Source of the DNA: Chlamydiales bacterium
GTDB taxonomy: Bacteria > Chlamydiota > Chlamydiia > Chlamydiales > JAAZZY01
Direction: 5' to 3'
Assembly (NCBI GenBank): GCA_965206695.1
Contig: CBDBKM010000005.1
Coordinates: 140,414-204,413, forward strand
Length of the DNA: 64,000 nt
Shown: piece after piece, positions 11,001 to 21,109 of the stretch
How positions within the stretch are numbered: position 1 is the stretch's first letter
Layout of the letters: every line of letters starts with the position of its first letter
Notes under the pieces: model-generated
What the model was told of the DNA's origin: nothing
What the model saw: the letters and a program-made list of their open reading frames with translations, nothing else
Databases searched by the model: none
Translations under genes and position numbers: made by a program

Positions 11001-11183
11001 ATGAGTGAAGTTTTAGTCATTGCCAGTAAAATAAAAGCACATATTAAAAGTGAATCCGGGATGAATACCTCGGCAAATGTTATGCCCTCTTTAACAAAAA
11101 TTATTATAAAAGAATGTGAAAAAGCGGTTGAAAATGCTAAAAGAGACGGACGAAAAACCGTCATGGATCGAGACTTTGAATAA
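11001..11183 (+). CDS. Bacterial histone-fold protein (Bd0055/HBb type), 60 aa
   Basis: MSEVLVIASKIKAHIK..GMNTSA..L......CEKAVENAKRDGRKTVMDRD closely follows Bdellovibrio Bd0055 as recalled; RKTV..RD histone-fold L2/alpha3 motif; RBS AAGGA. Confidence 0.9.
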   Translation: MSEVLVIASKIKAHIKSESGMNTSANVMPSLTKIIIKECEKAVENAKRDGRKTVMDRDFE

Positions 11184-11194
11184 AATCAACTGTA

Positions 11195-11217
11195 GTAGGG
11201 ATGTTTTTCATCCCTAC
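11195..11217 (+). terminator. Stem-loop downstream of the histone gene (putative terminator)
   Basis: Perfect 9-bp stem GTAGGGATG-TTTTT-CATCCCTAC; the U-tract is weak. Confidence 0.55.
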
Positions 11218-11314
11218 CCTTGTATTTCGGTCTCTCTTACATAAGAGTGTACTCCTTCATTACTTTTAAGACCTTGTATAAAAGCATCAGCTATTTTATT
11301 CGTAATTCTTTTAT

Positions 11315-11589
11315 GACAATTAAGCGAGAAAATCCTTTGCTTTAGCATTGGGATGAGAGCGCTTTTCTCTTGTATTAAACAGTTCTTTTTGTTTGAATTC
11401 CTTTATTTTTCAAAATTGCCGTAGGGTATCCGGAAAGGGTTGTGTAAAAACCCATAACCTTGGAAACTGATACTACTACAAAACGAAAGTAATCCTACTT
11501 TAACTTAAAGTGGGTTGGTAAAGGATTAAAGGAATCTCCTAACCGTGAGGAATAGGAATCCAATGGCTTTAGTCGTTGGAGGAAGTCAA
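11315..11589 (+). mobile_element. PATE-like non-autonomous IS200/IS605 derivative (275 bp) with an omegaRNA-like interior
   Basis: TTAT followed by LE GACAATTAAGCGAGAAAA (same LE as at 18294 and 63414); ends with an RE hairpin CCAATGGC-TTTA-GTCGTTGG and GTCAA; no ORF. Confidence 0.8.
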
Positions 11590-11616
11590 ATTAATTAATC
11601 CAAAATCTTACAATAG

Positions 11617-12489
11617 CTAAATAGTGTCGTCATAAAATAGCTCCCGGGCAATACGGCGAATGTGAACAGCAACCATGAATGATGCCGTATTTTTCACCTA
11701 TCGAGTAGCAATACCACGCCATCGTTTTAAATGAAGAAAAGCATTTTCTACAAGATATCTAAGTTTATATAGGCCTCTATCATGCCTTGCTTATGAGCTT
11801 TTTTAATAATGGCATTGCTATCATAACCACGATCTGCAAGAAGATATTCCGCATCTAATCCCTCTATTAAAGTACTTACTTGTGTACGATCCGCAGTGGT
11901 ACCTTCCGTAATAATAACTCGGACCGGCATACCATGCGCATCCACGGCCAAATATAATGTCGTGTTGAGCCTCCTTTTGTACGGTTCATATCTTGATTTC
12001 CTCCTTTCGCTCCTGCTGTATGGGGATGCATTTTGATATGGCTTGCACCAATTATTAACCATTCATAATCAGGATCCTCAACTATAATTTCCAATAAAAA
12101 TTCCCAAAGCCCCTTATCTCTCCATCGAATAAATCTACGATGAGTATTTTTCCGACCCCCATAGTCAGCAGCAAGATCACGCCATGATGCTCCTGTCCTA
12201 AAAACCCAAAACACAGTGTTGATAAAAAGACGATTGTCTTTTGCAATTGCTCCCCAAGTTCTTTTGCGACCGGAAAGATGAGATTCTAGTTTGTTCCAAA
12301 GTGCATCGGAAATATTGTGCCGTCTATACATTGAATTAGCCATAAAAAAAAACCTTTTTTATTAACTCACCTTACGCACGCCTTCTACTAAGCAGGCTAC
12401 AGAATCAATCTCTCTTCACGAAAGTGCGTGCATAAGGTGAGTTATTAAGCAAATTATCAAATTTAAAGTTTTAAGACGATGCTATTTAG
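11617..12489 (-). mobile_element. IS5-family element (IS427-like, two frameshifted ORFs), degenerate
   Basis: IRs CTAAATAGTGTCGTCATAAAA / TTTTAAGACGATGCTATTTAG; W..RTGASWRDL..DYG, LAVDAHG.P, LLADRGYDS, ENAFLHLKRWRGIATR; internal stops and a deletion. Confidence 0.88.
12363..12444. repeat. 82-bp inverted repeat / hairpin in the IS5 leader
   Basis: TAACTCACCTTAcGCACGC ... GTGCGTGCaTAAGGTGAGTTA: 19-bp arms with 1 mismatch. Confidence 0.7.
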
Positions 12490-12538
12490 AAAGACCTTTA
12501 CCTTTTTATTACGGTAATATCTAGGCTCAATCCTTGCC

Positions 12539-13477
12539 TATAGTCGTTTAATTTTACATTGATAAGATTGCTTGATCAATGGCGAATGTAAAATTCGTAA
12601 CTTTTCGTAATATCTCTCTAACTTTATTTTTCATATTAGCCCAATATTTTTCTATAGGATTTAAGTCCGGAGAATATGGAGGAAGAAACATAAGCTTACA
12701 ACCGGCAGATTCTACTGTTTTCCTGCTTTCCGCTGACTTGTGAAAACCGGCATTGTCAAGAATAAGAACACTACCGGGTGTAAGCTGAGGAGTCAAAACT
12801 TCCTTAAGCCAAATATTGAATAACCCGGTATTACAAGTACCTTCAAAACACATTGGAGACAAAAACTGCCCTTTAGATAGGGCTGAAATAATATTTTGCC
12901 TTATAAAGCGGTTTCCTGAAACCGCTCCAAAAACTTTTTTGCCGCGTAAGCTTCTTCCGGACTCACGAAATAAAAATTGATGAATCCCGGTTTCATCGAG
13001 ATAAATCCTCTTGTCAAAGGGAATATTTTTTAAATCTTTCATAAAAGCTTCCCGTTTCTTTTCATCTCTTTCCTTATAGCGAGTAGTTTTTTTTTTCGTG
13101 TAATTTTTAATCTTTTAAGGGCATAAAAAATCGTTTGCGGAGTGACTGAAAAATAATCAGCAATTTCCGATAAAAAATAATCCGGATGTTTTTCTACATA
13201 TTTAGATAACAACTCATCATCTAATTTCTTATAAGCATATTTTCTGCGGATTGGCTTTAAATGTCCTTTTTGCTTTTTTTGCAAGATCCATCGATATATT
13301 GTTGCGATACCTACTTGAAAAATATGGCCGGCTGTTTTTTTATCATGATGTTTTTCTATATGTTGTAATACTTTCTCTCGGAGATCTACTGAATAGGCTC
13401 TAGGCATTGTTTTGTCCTTATTGTTTGTATAAAAAAAGAAGGATAACATATTATCAAATAAAAATTAAAGTACTATA
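12539..13477 (-). mobile_element. IS630-A full length, apparently intact
   Basis: TA flanks, both IRs, orfA and orfB, A10 tract. Confidence 0.97.
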
Positions 13478-14999
13478 ACATGTAGTTAACCAGTATGCAT
13501 TGCTGCTCGTAATCCCGCCGAGTCTCATCTTCTAATAATAGGTGCACCCAATCCTCCGTCCTCTCCTTCGTGTCAATTTTCAAGCCAAGAGTCGTCAACT
13601 CGCGTTGAAATCGCTCATAGAAGGAACTTGTTCCTGTTGTAACAAACCACTCATCTCTTCTTTGGGCAAGGGCCATAAAGCGATCTATGATGTCGTTACG
13701 GCAAGATGCAGGGGTGCATTGAACTATCCGCAAAACATGCAATTTCTGCTCGATATTCATACCTTGATCTTGTGTAAAGAGCGGAACCAGTCTTTCGATG
13801 AACGTGGTGCGTTCCTTTTCAGGAATAACTGCAAGATACTTCAAGGCTTCAAGTATATTATCGGAAGTTGCATTTTTTCCGATAAATGTCTTAGCCTGCT
13901 TAATGAATTGGTCGCGTTGAATGCCGGGGATATCTTTAATAATCTTCAAAACTTCAATTATACTATCGGAATCCACATTTTCTCTGCTAAGAAATCCCGT
14001 AACCAGTGCACTGAACCGGTCGCGTTGAACGCCGGGGATACCTTTAATAATTTTCAAAACTTCAATTATATGATCAGAAGACATATTTATACTATCGGGA
14101 TTCACATTTTCTCCGATAATACATCCCTTAACCTGCTTAATGAATTGGTTGCGTTGAATGCGGGGGATATCTTTAATAATCTTTAAAATTTCAACTATCT
14201 GAAAAAACCACATCTGTTTTGTGATCAAGCCCTTAGCCTGAATTAAAGTATCAATTTGAAGAGGTTCTTGAACGCAATTGAAAATAACTTCCAAGAGCTC
14301 ATGTATGTGGTCGTCGCTACTCATATTTTCTGTGATCAACATCTTAGCTACTTGAATGCACTGTTCACATTGAGCTTTAGGGATATTCATAACGCCTAAG
14401 GTATTAAGTTTATGCAAAATACGCCGTCTATCAAAGACCTCCATATCTTTTCGGGTAAACTTCTTAGCTAGTTCAATAAGCTGTTCACGTTGAGCTTCAG
14501 GAATATTTTTAATCACCTTCCAGTCGTTAACTATATCATTGGAATTCATAACATTTTGGTTTTCAAGTGTAGCATCGAGAGTTATATATTCTTCGAGCCA
14601 CGCATTAGACTGCTGAATGAGCTGAGCCCGTTCATCTACAGGAAGTGTTAAAATATAATTAAAAAGATCCTGACCCTCATCTAAAGAATCCTTATTCCTA
14701 AATATATGAATAAATAAATTCTGTACTGCTTTCTCTACCCTATTCTTTTCCCTTGTAGAATGAAGATTAGGAATAGCATTCATAATTTTATTTTTGTAAT
14801 TGACCTCAAATAAGCTCATTGATTTTAATATAGCGAGTACAGGTAGCAGTGACACTGTTAGCACAACAACACCGGTGATCCAGGGGCACTTATCATTGAG
14901 AAATGAAACCACGTTAGCAGGCCCATTATTTATCATATCAATATTATTATCTATCACACCGGAAACACTATTAGCTATCGTATTATATATATTAATCAT
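13473..14999 (-). CDS. Hypothetical 508-aa protein with an N-terminal TM segment and 35-43-aa alpha-helical tandem repeats (putative effector)
   Basis: Repeats IIEVLKIIKDIPxxQRDQFIKQAKxFI; the stop codon is supplied by the IS630 end. Confidence 0.75.
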   Translation of the reverse strand: MINIYNTIANSVSGVIDNNIDMINNGPANVVSFLNDKCPWITGVVVLTVSLLPVLAILKSMSLFEVNYKNKIMNAIPNLHSTREKNRVEKAVQNLFIHIFRNKDSLDEGQDLFNYILTLPVDERAQLIQQSNAWLEEYITLDATLENQNVMNSNDIVNDWKVIKNIPEAQREQLIELAKKFTRKDMEVFDRRRILHKLNTLGVMNIPKAQCEQCIQVAKMLITENMSSDDHIHELLEVIFNCVQEPLQIDTLIQAKGLITKQMWFFQIVEILKIIKDIPRIQRNQFIKQVKGCIIGENVNPDSINMSSDHIIEVLKIIKGIPGVQRDRFSALVTGFLSRENVDSDSIIEVLKIIKDIPGIQRDQFIKQAKTFIGKNATSDNILEALKYLAVIPEKERTTFIERLVPLFTQDQGMNIEQKLHVLRIVQCTPASCRNDIIDRFMALAQRRDEWFVTTGTSSFYERFQRELTTLGLKIDTKERTEDWVHLLLEDETRRDYEQQCILVNYML

Positions 15000-15588
15000 A
15001 TTTTTACCTTATTTATATTTAATTTATAGATATTTAACAACTACATGTAATGTTTTATATAATTCATTATACTATTTATATGTATTTATATATATTAATG
15101 GTTTTTATTATCACATATTAAGGACTATCTGAATAAATACTTAAATAGATAAAATAAATCTTTTTCTAATATATTTTATGTATGAGAAGGAATATATGAG
15201 GTTTACAGGTGTTTTTAAAAATAGTTTCATCTTTATAGCTTCTTTAAATATTTATTTAGAGGTCACTTAATTATTTATAATATACATATGTAAAAATTTC
15301 TGTAAACCCCACGGACACTTAAAATAAATAACTTATACTATAATATTAGCTTTAAATATAAAATATCTATTCAAATAAAAAATTATATGTTATAATTATC
15401 TATACTATGAGGATCGACTAATAAATTAAGTGGAATGCTAAAAATATAAAAAAAACAAATTACTGACGAATAAAATCATTACAAAATACATAAATAAGCC
15501 TTCTAATTTATAACATTAGCTTTAAATATAAAAGTTATATTTTATAGTTAAAGCACATGCAAAAAAAACTAATCTATAAGGTAAATCT

Positions 15589-16350
15589 ATGATAATGAAA
15601 GCAGCTAATAACTTATTTTCTTCAAATAAAGAACCAATTATTAATGCAATTAGCAGTGTTTCTCTATTTAATCAACAAGGCAAAAGAATTACAATTATTA
15701 ATGCCCTTCGTCTAAAGCTTACAAGTCGAGATCAGGCTGTACAACTAAAAGCTCAAAACTTTGAAAAGACAGCAGCTACAATACATTCTTTTATACCAGA
15801 ATGTTTTTTGTATATCGTAGATGAATACGGCAAATCTAGATATCTTAATATTGAAACAGAGAGATCAAGGCCTCTTTTTCCGACTTTAACTGAGAATAAT
15901 CGTAATACCGTTAATTTATATGGACATACTAGTATGTTGAATCCGAATGACATCGATCCAATAATTAAAGAGGCAAAAGCATCAAACCCGGATTTGGATC
16001 AAATTAATTTAGTTGGTTGTTCAACTATGGACAATGCAAAAGTGTTAAGTAAAGAGAATCCCGATATTAAAATTACAGGAACAAAAGCTTCTATAGCTCC
16101 AACTAAAGGAGGTTTTTTTACTGTTTCTAAGGGGCCGGCTTCATTTTTACATTCATGTTCGGTAGGCGGGAAAACTGTTTCGGTTCAGGTAATTAATGGA
16201 GACCCAAGTCACCTTATTACATACCAAAATGGGGTAGAAATACACTCCGAACCAAGCGATCAATGGGGTATCAAAACGATTGAAGATTCAGTATTACGGA
16301 ATGATCAGATTGAGTACAATAAAACATACGGATTTGAAGCCACCATCTAA
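15589..16350 (+). CDS. Hypothetical 253-aa protein, possible caspase/CPD(C80)-like His-Cys protease
   Basis: VNLYGHT...QINLVGCST resembles the strand-GH / strand-GC dyad of clan CD proteases. Confidence 0.5.
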   Translation: MIMKAANNLFSSNKEPIINAISSVSLFNQQGKRITIINALRLKLTSRDQAVQLKAQNFEKTAATIHSFIPECFLYIVDEYGKSRYLNIETERSRPLFPTLTENNRNTVNLYGHTSMLNPNDIDPIIKEAKASNPDLDQINLVGCSTMDNAKVLSKENPDIKITGTKASIAPTKGGFFTVSKGPASFLHSCSVGGKTVSVQVINGDPSHLITYQNGVEIHSEPSDQWGIKTIEDSVLRNDQIEYNKTYGFEATI

Positions 16351-16414
16351 ATAGCGTTAGCCTACATCATCCCCCTACGGCAATTGTGCAACAACCTGTT
16401 GCACAAATTGTATC

Positions 16415-16523
16415 TAGTACTTTAATTTTTATTGGATAATATGTTATCCTTCTTTTTATACAGATAGTAAGGATAAACCAAATGCCCGGAACCTATTCAG
16501 TAGAGCTTCGAGAGAAAGTATGA
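16415..16523 (+). mobile_element. IS630-A 5' fragment (diverged)
   Basis: IRL and MPGTYSVELREKV* only. Confidence 0.85.
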
Positions 16524-16559
16524 TCTTGTAACCATTTTTAATCACAAACTTGAAAACCG

Positions 16560-17496
16560 TATAGTCGTTTAATTTTACATTAATAATATTGCTTGATCAA
16601 TGGCGAATTTAAAATTCGTAACTTTTCGTAATATCTCTCTAACTTTATTTTTCATATTAGCCCAATATTTTTCTATAGGATTTAAGTCCGAAGAATACGG
16701 AGGAAGAAACATAAGCTTACAACCGGCGGATTCTACTATCTTCCTGCTTCCCGCTGACTTGTGAGAACCGATATTGTCAAGAATAAGAACACTACCGGGT
16801 GTAAGCTGAGGAGTCAAAACTTCCTTAAGCCAAATATTGAATAACCCGGCATTACAAGTACCTTCAAAACATATTGGAGATAAAAATTGCCCTTTAGACA
16901 GGGTTGAAATAATATTTTGCCTTATAAAGCGGTTTCCTGAAACCGCTCCAAAAATTTTTTTGCCGCGTAAGCTTCTTCCGGATTCACGAAATAAAAATTG
17001 ATGAATCCCGGTTTCATCGAGATAAATTCTCTTGTCAAAGGGAATATTTTTTAAATCTTTCATAAAAGCTTCCCGTTTCTTTTCATCTCTTTCCTTGTAG
17101 CGAGTAGTTTTTTTTCGTGTAATTTTTAATCTTTTAAGGGAATAAAAAATCGTTTGCGGAGTGACTGAAAAATAATTAGCAATTTCCGATAAAAAACAAT
17201 CCGGATATTTTTCTGCATATTTAGATAACAACTCATCATCTAATTTCTTATAAGCATCCTTTCTACGGATTGGTTTTAAATGTCCTTTTTGCTTTTTTTG
17301 CAATACCCATCGATATATTGTTGCGATACCTACTTGAAAAATATGGCCGGATGTTTTTTTATCATGATGCTTTTCTATATGTTGTCATACTTTCTCTCGA
17401 AGATCTACCGGATAGGTTCCGGGCATTTGTTTTATCCTTACTGTTTGTATAAAAAAGAAGGATAACATATTATCAAATAAAAATTAAAGTACTATA
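16560..17496 (-). mobile_element. IS630-A diverged full-length copy, A8 tract (orfs fused), early TGA stop
   Basis: Fused ORF 16575-17303; GTA TGA at codon 13. Confidence 0.93.
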
Positions 17497-17807
17497 ATAA
17501 AACCATAACCGCGCAACTAAATGCTTAGTCCTTCATACGAAATATCCGAATCTGCCAAACTTACATTACGATTAACTTTTTTAGCTTTACGCAAACCGGT
17601 GATAAAATGTAACCCTATGGCTCTTCCATATTGACATCGTGGTTTACGGTTTCAAAAATTCCTTTAGGTTGAAATTTTTTATCTTTTAAGCGGCGGCTAA
17701 TGCTGTCATGTGATAATGTATCAGGGCAACCCTCTGACATCGCAAGGCCGGAATATCTCATACTGCTTGCTTGAATGAAAACGCACTTCTGTAGCACGAA
17801 ACTCCTG
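17497..17807 (-). pseudogene. IS701-family transposase remnant
   Basis: YSGLAMSE..LSHDSISRRLK..KFQPK motif; internally deleted; abuts a tnpB start stub. Confidence 0.6.
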
Positions 17808-18294
17808 TTTATACATTGCATTATATTATTGGTATGTATACATGACTTGCATGGAAAGACGGCAAACTTCAAAGACCGCTGTTTTTAATCTTAGTTATCA
17901 TGTTATTTGGTGTACTAAGTATAGAAGAAAAGTTATCGAGGGAGATATTGAAAAAAGACTAAGAGAGTTATTAAAGGAGAAAGCCAATCAACTATCTATG
18001 GAGATTAAAGAACTTGATATTATGCCTGACCATGTACATATGTTTATCAAAACTCAGCCTATTCACTCTCCACAGTTTGCAATTGGTCAACTTAAAGGGT
18101 ACACCGGTCGCTTGTTAAGACAAGAATTTTCAAGTTTAAAATCTCGATTGCCTACATTATGGACAAGATCGTATTATGTTGATAGTGTGAGAAAACTAAA
18201 TGAATATACAACTAAGCAGTATGTCCAAAATCAAACAAACAAATAGACGCTTATATCCCAATTCTAAAGCATTGGGTTTTCTCGCTTAATTGTC
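17808..18294 (-). mobile_element. IS605 variant B remnant: tnpB 5' stub, intact tnpA and left end
   Basis: LE GACAATTAAGCGAG at 18294, preceded by TTAT (18295-18298, minus strand); ATATAATGCAAT stub matches the tnpB start region. Confidence 0.8.
17851..18246 (+). CDS. tnpA: IS200/IS605 Y1 transposase TnpA, intact
   Basis: YHVIWCTKYRRKV, DHVH (HUH), LWTRSYYV, KQYVQNQ. The start may be at 17842. Confidence 0.93.
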   Translation: MERRQTSKTAVFNLSYHVIWCTKYRRKVIEGDIEKRLRELLKEKANQLSMEIKELDIMPDHVHMFIKTQPIHSPQFAIGQLKGYTGRLLRQEFSSLKSRLPTLWTRSYYVDSVRKLNEYTTKQYVQNQTNK

Positions 18295-18467
18295 ATAACA
18301 AAACTTAAAAATCCTATCACAATCATATTTTCACTAAAGAATATGGCACTTTTAATTTTTAGCTAAAATCAAACACGAACCATTTGCTTTAATCAGTTAA
18401 AAATATGATCGACAAAAAGCCTCTTTTATGGATTAATTTGTTCTCCTAGGTAAAATAAGGATTTACT

Positions 18468-19526
18468 ATGATGCATTCCACTGATGATCTAAGGATCTCC
18501 TCCCTTAGACCTCTGCTTTCTCCTGCTCTTTTGTTAGAAGAACTACCTATAAGTAAAAAGATTGTAAACTTGGTTGAAAAATCGAGGCAATCTGTTGCAG
18601 ATATTATTTCAGGAGTTGATGATCGATTACTTGTTATTATTGGTCCCTGTTCTATTCATGATCCAAAAGCTGCTATCGAATATGGCGAAAAACTAACGCC
18701 CTATATAGATTCTTTAAAAAAAGATCTATGTATCGTCATGCGCGTTTACTTTGAAAAACCTCGCACGACAGTTGGATGGAAGGGGCCTATTAATGACCCT
18801 GACTTGAACAATAGCTTTGCTATCAATAAAGGATTGAGATGCGCACGTAAACTGCTACTTGAACTTGCAAGTAAAGGCATTCCTTCCGGTACGGAATTTT
18901 TAGATACCATTATCCCACAGTTTATAGCTGATGTCATTTGTTGGGGGGCTATCGGCGCCCGTACTACAGAAAGCCAAATTCATAGAGAACTCGCATCCGG
19001 ATTATCTATGCCGGTAGGTTTTAAAAATGGTACAACAGGCAATGTCCAAATTGCTGTCGATGCTGTTGGAGCTGCTAGTCAGCCTCATTACTTTGTAGGT
19101 ATGACAAAACACGGCATTCCTGCAGTTGTCGGAACAACGGGCAATAAAGATTGCCATATTATCCTACGAGGTTCCTCTACAAAAACTAATTATGATAAAA
19201 AATCGGTTGAAGCAGCAGCTAAAAAATTAGAAAACGCTAAAATAAGCCCTTCTATTATGGTAGACTGTAGTCACGGTAATAGTCGTAAAGACTATAAAAA
19301 ACAGTCTGAAGTCCTCCATGCCCTCAATCAGCAAATTCAGGACGGCTCTCAATATATCACCGGAGTCATGATTGAAAGTCACCTTGTTGAAGGAAAGCAA
19401 GCTTTACAAGCCGGTAAAGAGCTCATATATGGACAAAGTGTTACTGATGGATGTATTGGTTTTGATGAATCCATTTCGCTTTTAAAAGATCTGGTCAAAG
19501 CTGTGCAAAAGAGACGCAATAGATAG
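18468..19526 (+). CDS. aroG: DAHP synthase, class I-alpha (AroF/G/H type)
   Basis: IGPCSIHD, MRVYFEKPRT, GARTTESQ, GFKNGT, VDCSHGNS, GVMIES, YGQSVTDGC motifs. Confidence 0.95.
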   Translation: MMHSTDDLRISSLRPLLSPALLLEELPISKKIVNLVEKSRQSVADIISGVDDRLLVIIGPCSIHDPKAAIEYGEKLTPYIDSLKKDLCIVMRVYFEKPRTTVGWKGPINDPDLNNSFAINKGLRCARKLLLELASKGIPSGTEFLDTIIPQFIADVICWGAIGARTTESQIHRELASGLSMPVGFKNGTTGNVQIAVDAVGAASQPHYFVGMTKHGIPAVVGTTGNKDCHIILRGSSTKTNYDKKSVEAAAKKLENAKISPSIMVDCSHGNSRKDYKKQSEVLHALNQQIQDGSQYITGVMIESHLVEGKQALQAGKELIYGQSVTDGCIGFDESISLLKDLVKAVQKRRNR

Positions 19527-19622
19527 CGCTTGTTTCGACACCTCTACTCCATAGTAGTATATGTCATTATTATGCCTTTTCAACTATGAAGTGCCACAAA
19601 TAGTTAATTTGATAAGAAGACT

Positions 19623-20135
19623 TTAATCTATTTTTTTTACTCCATCTGTACTAATATTTTCTTCTTCTTTATCTTTTGTAAGTTTATAAAAAATTCCTAA
19701 TCCGACAATAAAGAGTACAGCTGCAAATATTAATGCTATTGGATAGCCTATCTTTTCTATATTTTCTTTAGAGACTTTTATAGTTAAAACCAAACCCTCT
19801 AGTGATAAAGCAGTAGCTATAATCATCCCGAATTTTGTTATCGTTTTCCTGGCTTGCTGAGGCGATCTCTCCTCTTTTCCTCTTAGAACCTCTTCGATCA
19901 TCAAATACTTAACCACATCAAAAGAGGCGATAGAAAAAACGATCATACCGACTTGATCTAATAAATAGACGAGAGTAAAGGTGCGATTCCCTACACTAGT
20001 AAGGACTTCTATAATTTCTCCCACAACAATCCAAAACGCGATTAAATATAGGCAAAGACATCCAATGATATATCCTATATTAGATAGAAATAGTATTACC
20101 TTAAAGCTCGGTTGATCCATATCGTCGTACTGCAT
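19623..20135 (-). CDS. Four-TM membrane protein (PsiE/YqhA-like)
   Basis: Four hydrophobic helices; FDVVKYL.IEEV.R.....A.KTITKF pattern. Confidence 0.6.
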   Translation of the reverse strand: MQYDDMDQPSFKVILFLSNIGYIIGCLCLYLIAFWIVVGEIIEVLTSVGNRTFTLVYLLDQVGMIVFSIASFDVVKYLMIEEVLRGKEERSPQQARKTITKFGMIIATALSLEGLVLTIKVSKENIEKIGYPIALIFAAVLFIVGLGIFYKLTKDKEEENISTDGVKKID

Positions 20136-20246
20136 ACAATTCCATTTGGGTCGTAGAAAAGCCCCACATCCTTGAAGTAATCTAACTTATATTAAATTGC
20201 CACATAAAAATGTGGCAATACTAGAGACGGGTAAGGAAAAAGTCTT

Positions 20247-20963
20247 CTAAGAGAAGATTTCAGTGAGAAAATTTTTCATTGCTTTCCATGATCTTGTATC
20301 GGCTTGTTTATTATAAACCGTTCCAAAAGAAAGATTATTAGCCTCCGGGTTCGTAAATGAATGGAAGGTATGGCCATAGATATGGAGTTGCCAGTCAACC
20401 TTTTCCTTAGTCATCTCATCTTCAAAAGTTCTTATAGCCTCAACCGGAACCAGAGGATCATCATGGCCATGAAGAGCTAATACTTTAGCTTTTATTACTT
20501 CGGTTTTCAGGTTTTCCGGTGCCCCTAAAGTGCCGTGAAAACTGACAACTCCTTTAATATCAGCACCACTACGGGCTAACTCTAAGGCACATAACCCACC
20601 AAAGCAATACCCTATTACAGCTATTTTATTAGAATCTATTTGTTCACACTTTTTTAATGTTGCTAAGGCCGAGAGTAATCTGGCACGTAAAAGAGCCCTA
20701 TCGTCTAAAACAGAAGTCATTAAAGCCATTTTCTCATCTTTAGTCTCTCCTATCCTTCCATTGCCGTAGACATCCATAGCGAAACTTACATAACCAAACT
20801 CTGAAAAGATTGCTTTTGCCCTATCACAATAGAATTGGTTTCTTCCATCCCATGCATGGGCTACTAATATTCCGGGCCTTTTTTCTTTAGAATGTTTGTC
20901 AGTCACTAAATGACCTTTTAAAAGAGTATCCCCTTCATAGTAATTAATATCTTCTACATGCAT
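20247..20963 (-). CDS. Dienelactone hydrolase family protein
   Basis: GYCFGG nucleophile motif, SFHG, HGHDDP, YG...HSF. Confidence 0.92.
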   Translation of the reverse strand: MHVEDINYYEGDTLLKGHLVTDKHSKEKRPGILVAHAWDGRNQFYCDRAKAIFSEFGYVSFAMDVYGNGRIGETKDEKMALMTSVLDDRALLRARLLSALATLKKCEQIDSNKIAVIGYCFGGLCALELARSGADIKGVVSFHGTLGAPENLKTEVIKAKVLALHGHDDPLVPVEAIRTFEDEMTKEKVDWQLHIYGHTFHSFTNPEANNLSFGTVYNKQADTRSWKAMKNFLTEIFS

Positions 20964-21109
20964 ATAAGTTGCTCCTTTTTAAAAATAATTAATTACACAA
21001 TATGTTATAAATGTTGACAAATCAAACAGGAAAGCTTATTAATTGCAGAACGCAACTTTTAAAGGCCCTTTCAATATCGAAGTGCGATAAATAGGAAATA
21101 TTTGAAAAA

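Noticed and set aside
13542-14186. 214-aa antisense ORF with repeats LLNELVALNAGDIFNNL
   Set aside because: Antisense shadow of the repeat protein at 13473-14999.
21065-21085. GCCCTTTCAATATCGAAGTGC, an isolated IS30-like IR
   Set aside because: Solo scar with no associated transposase; of little further interest.
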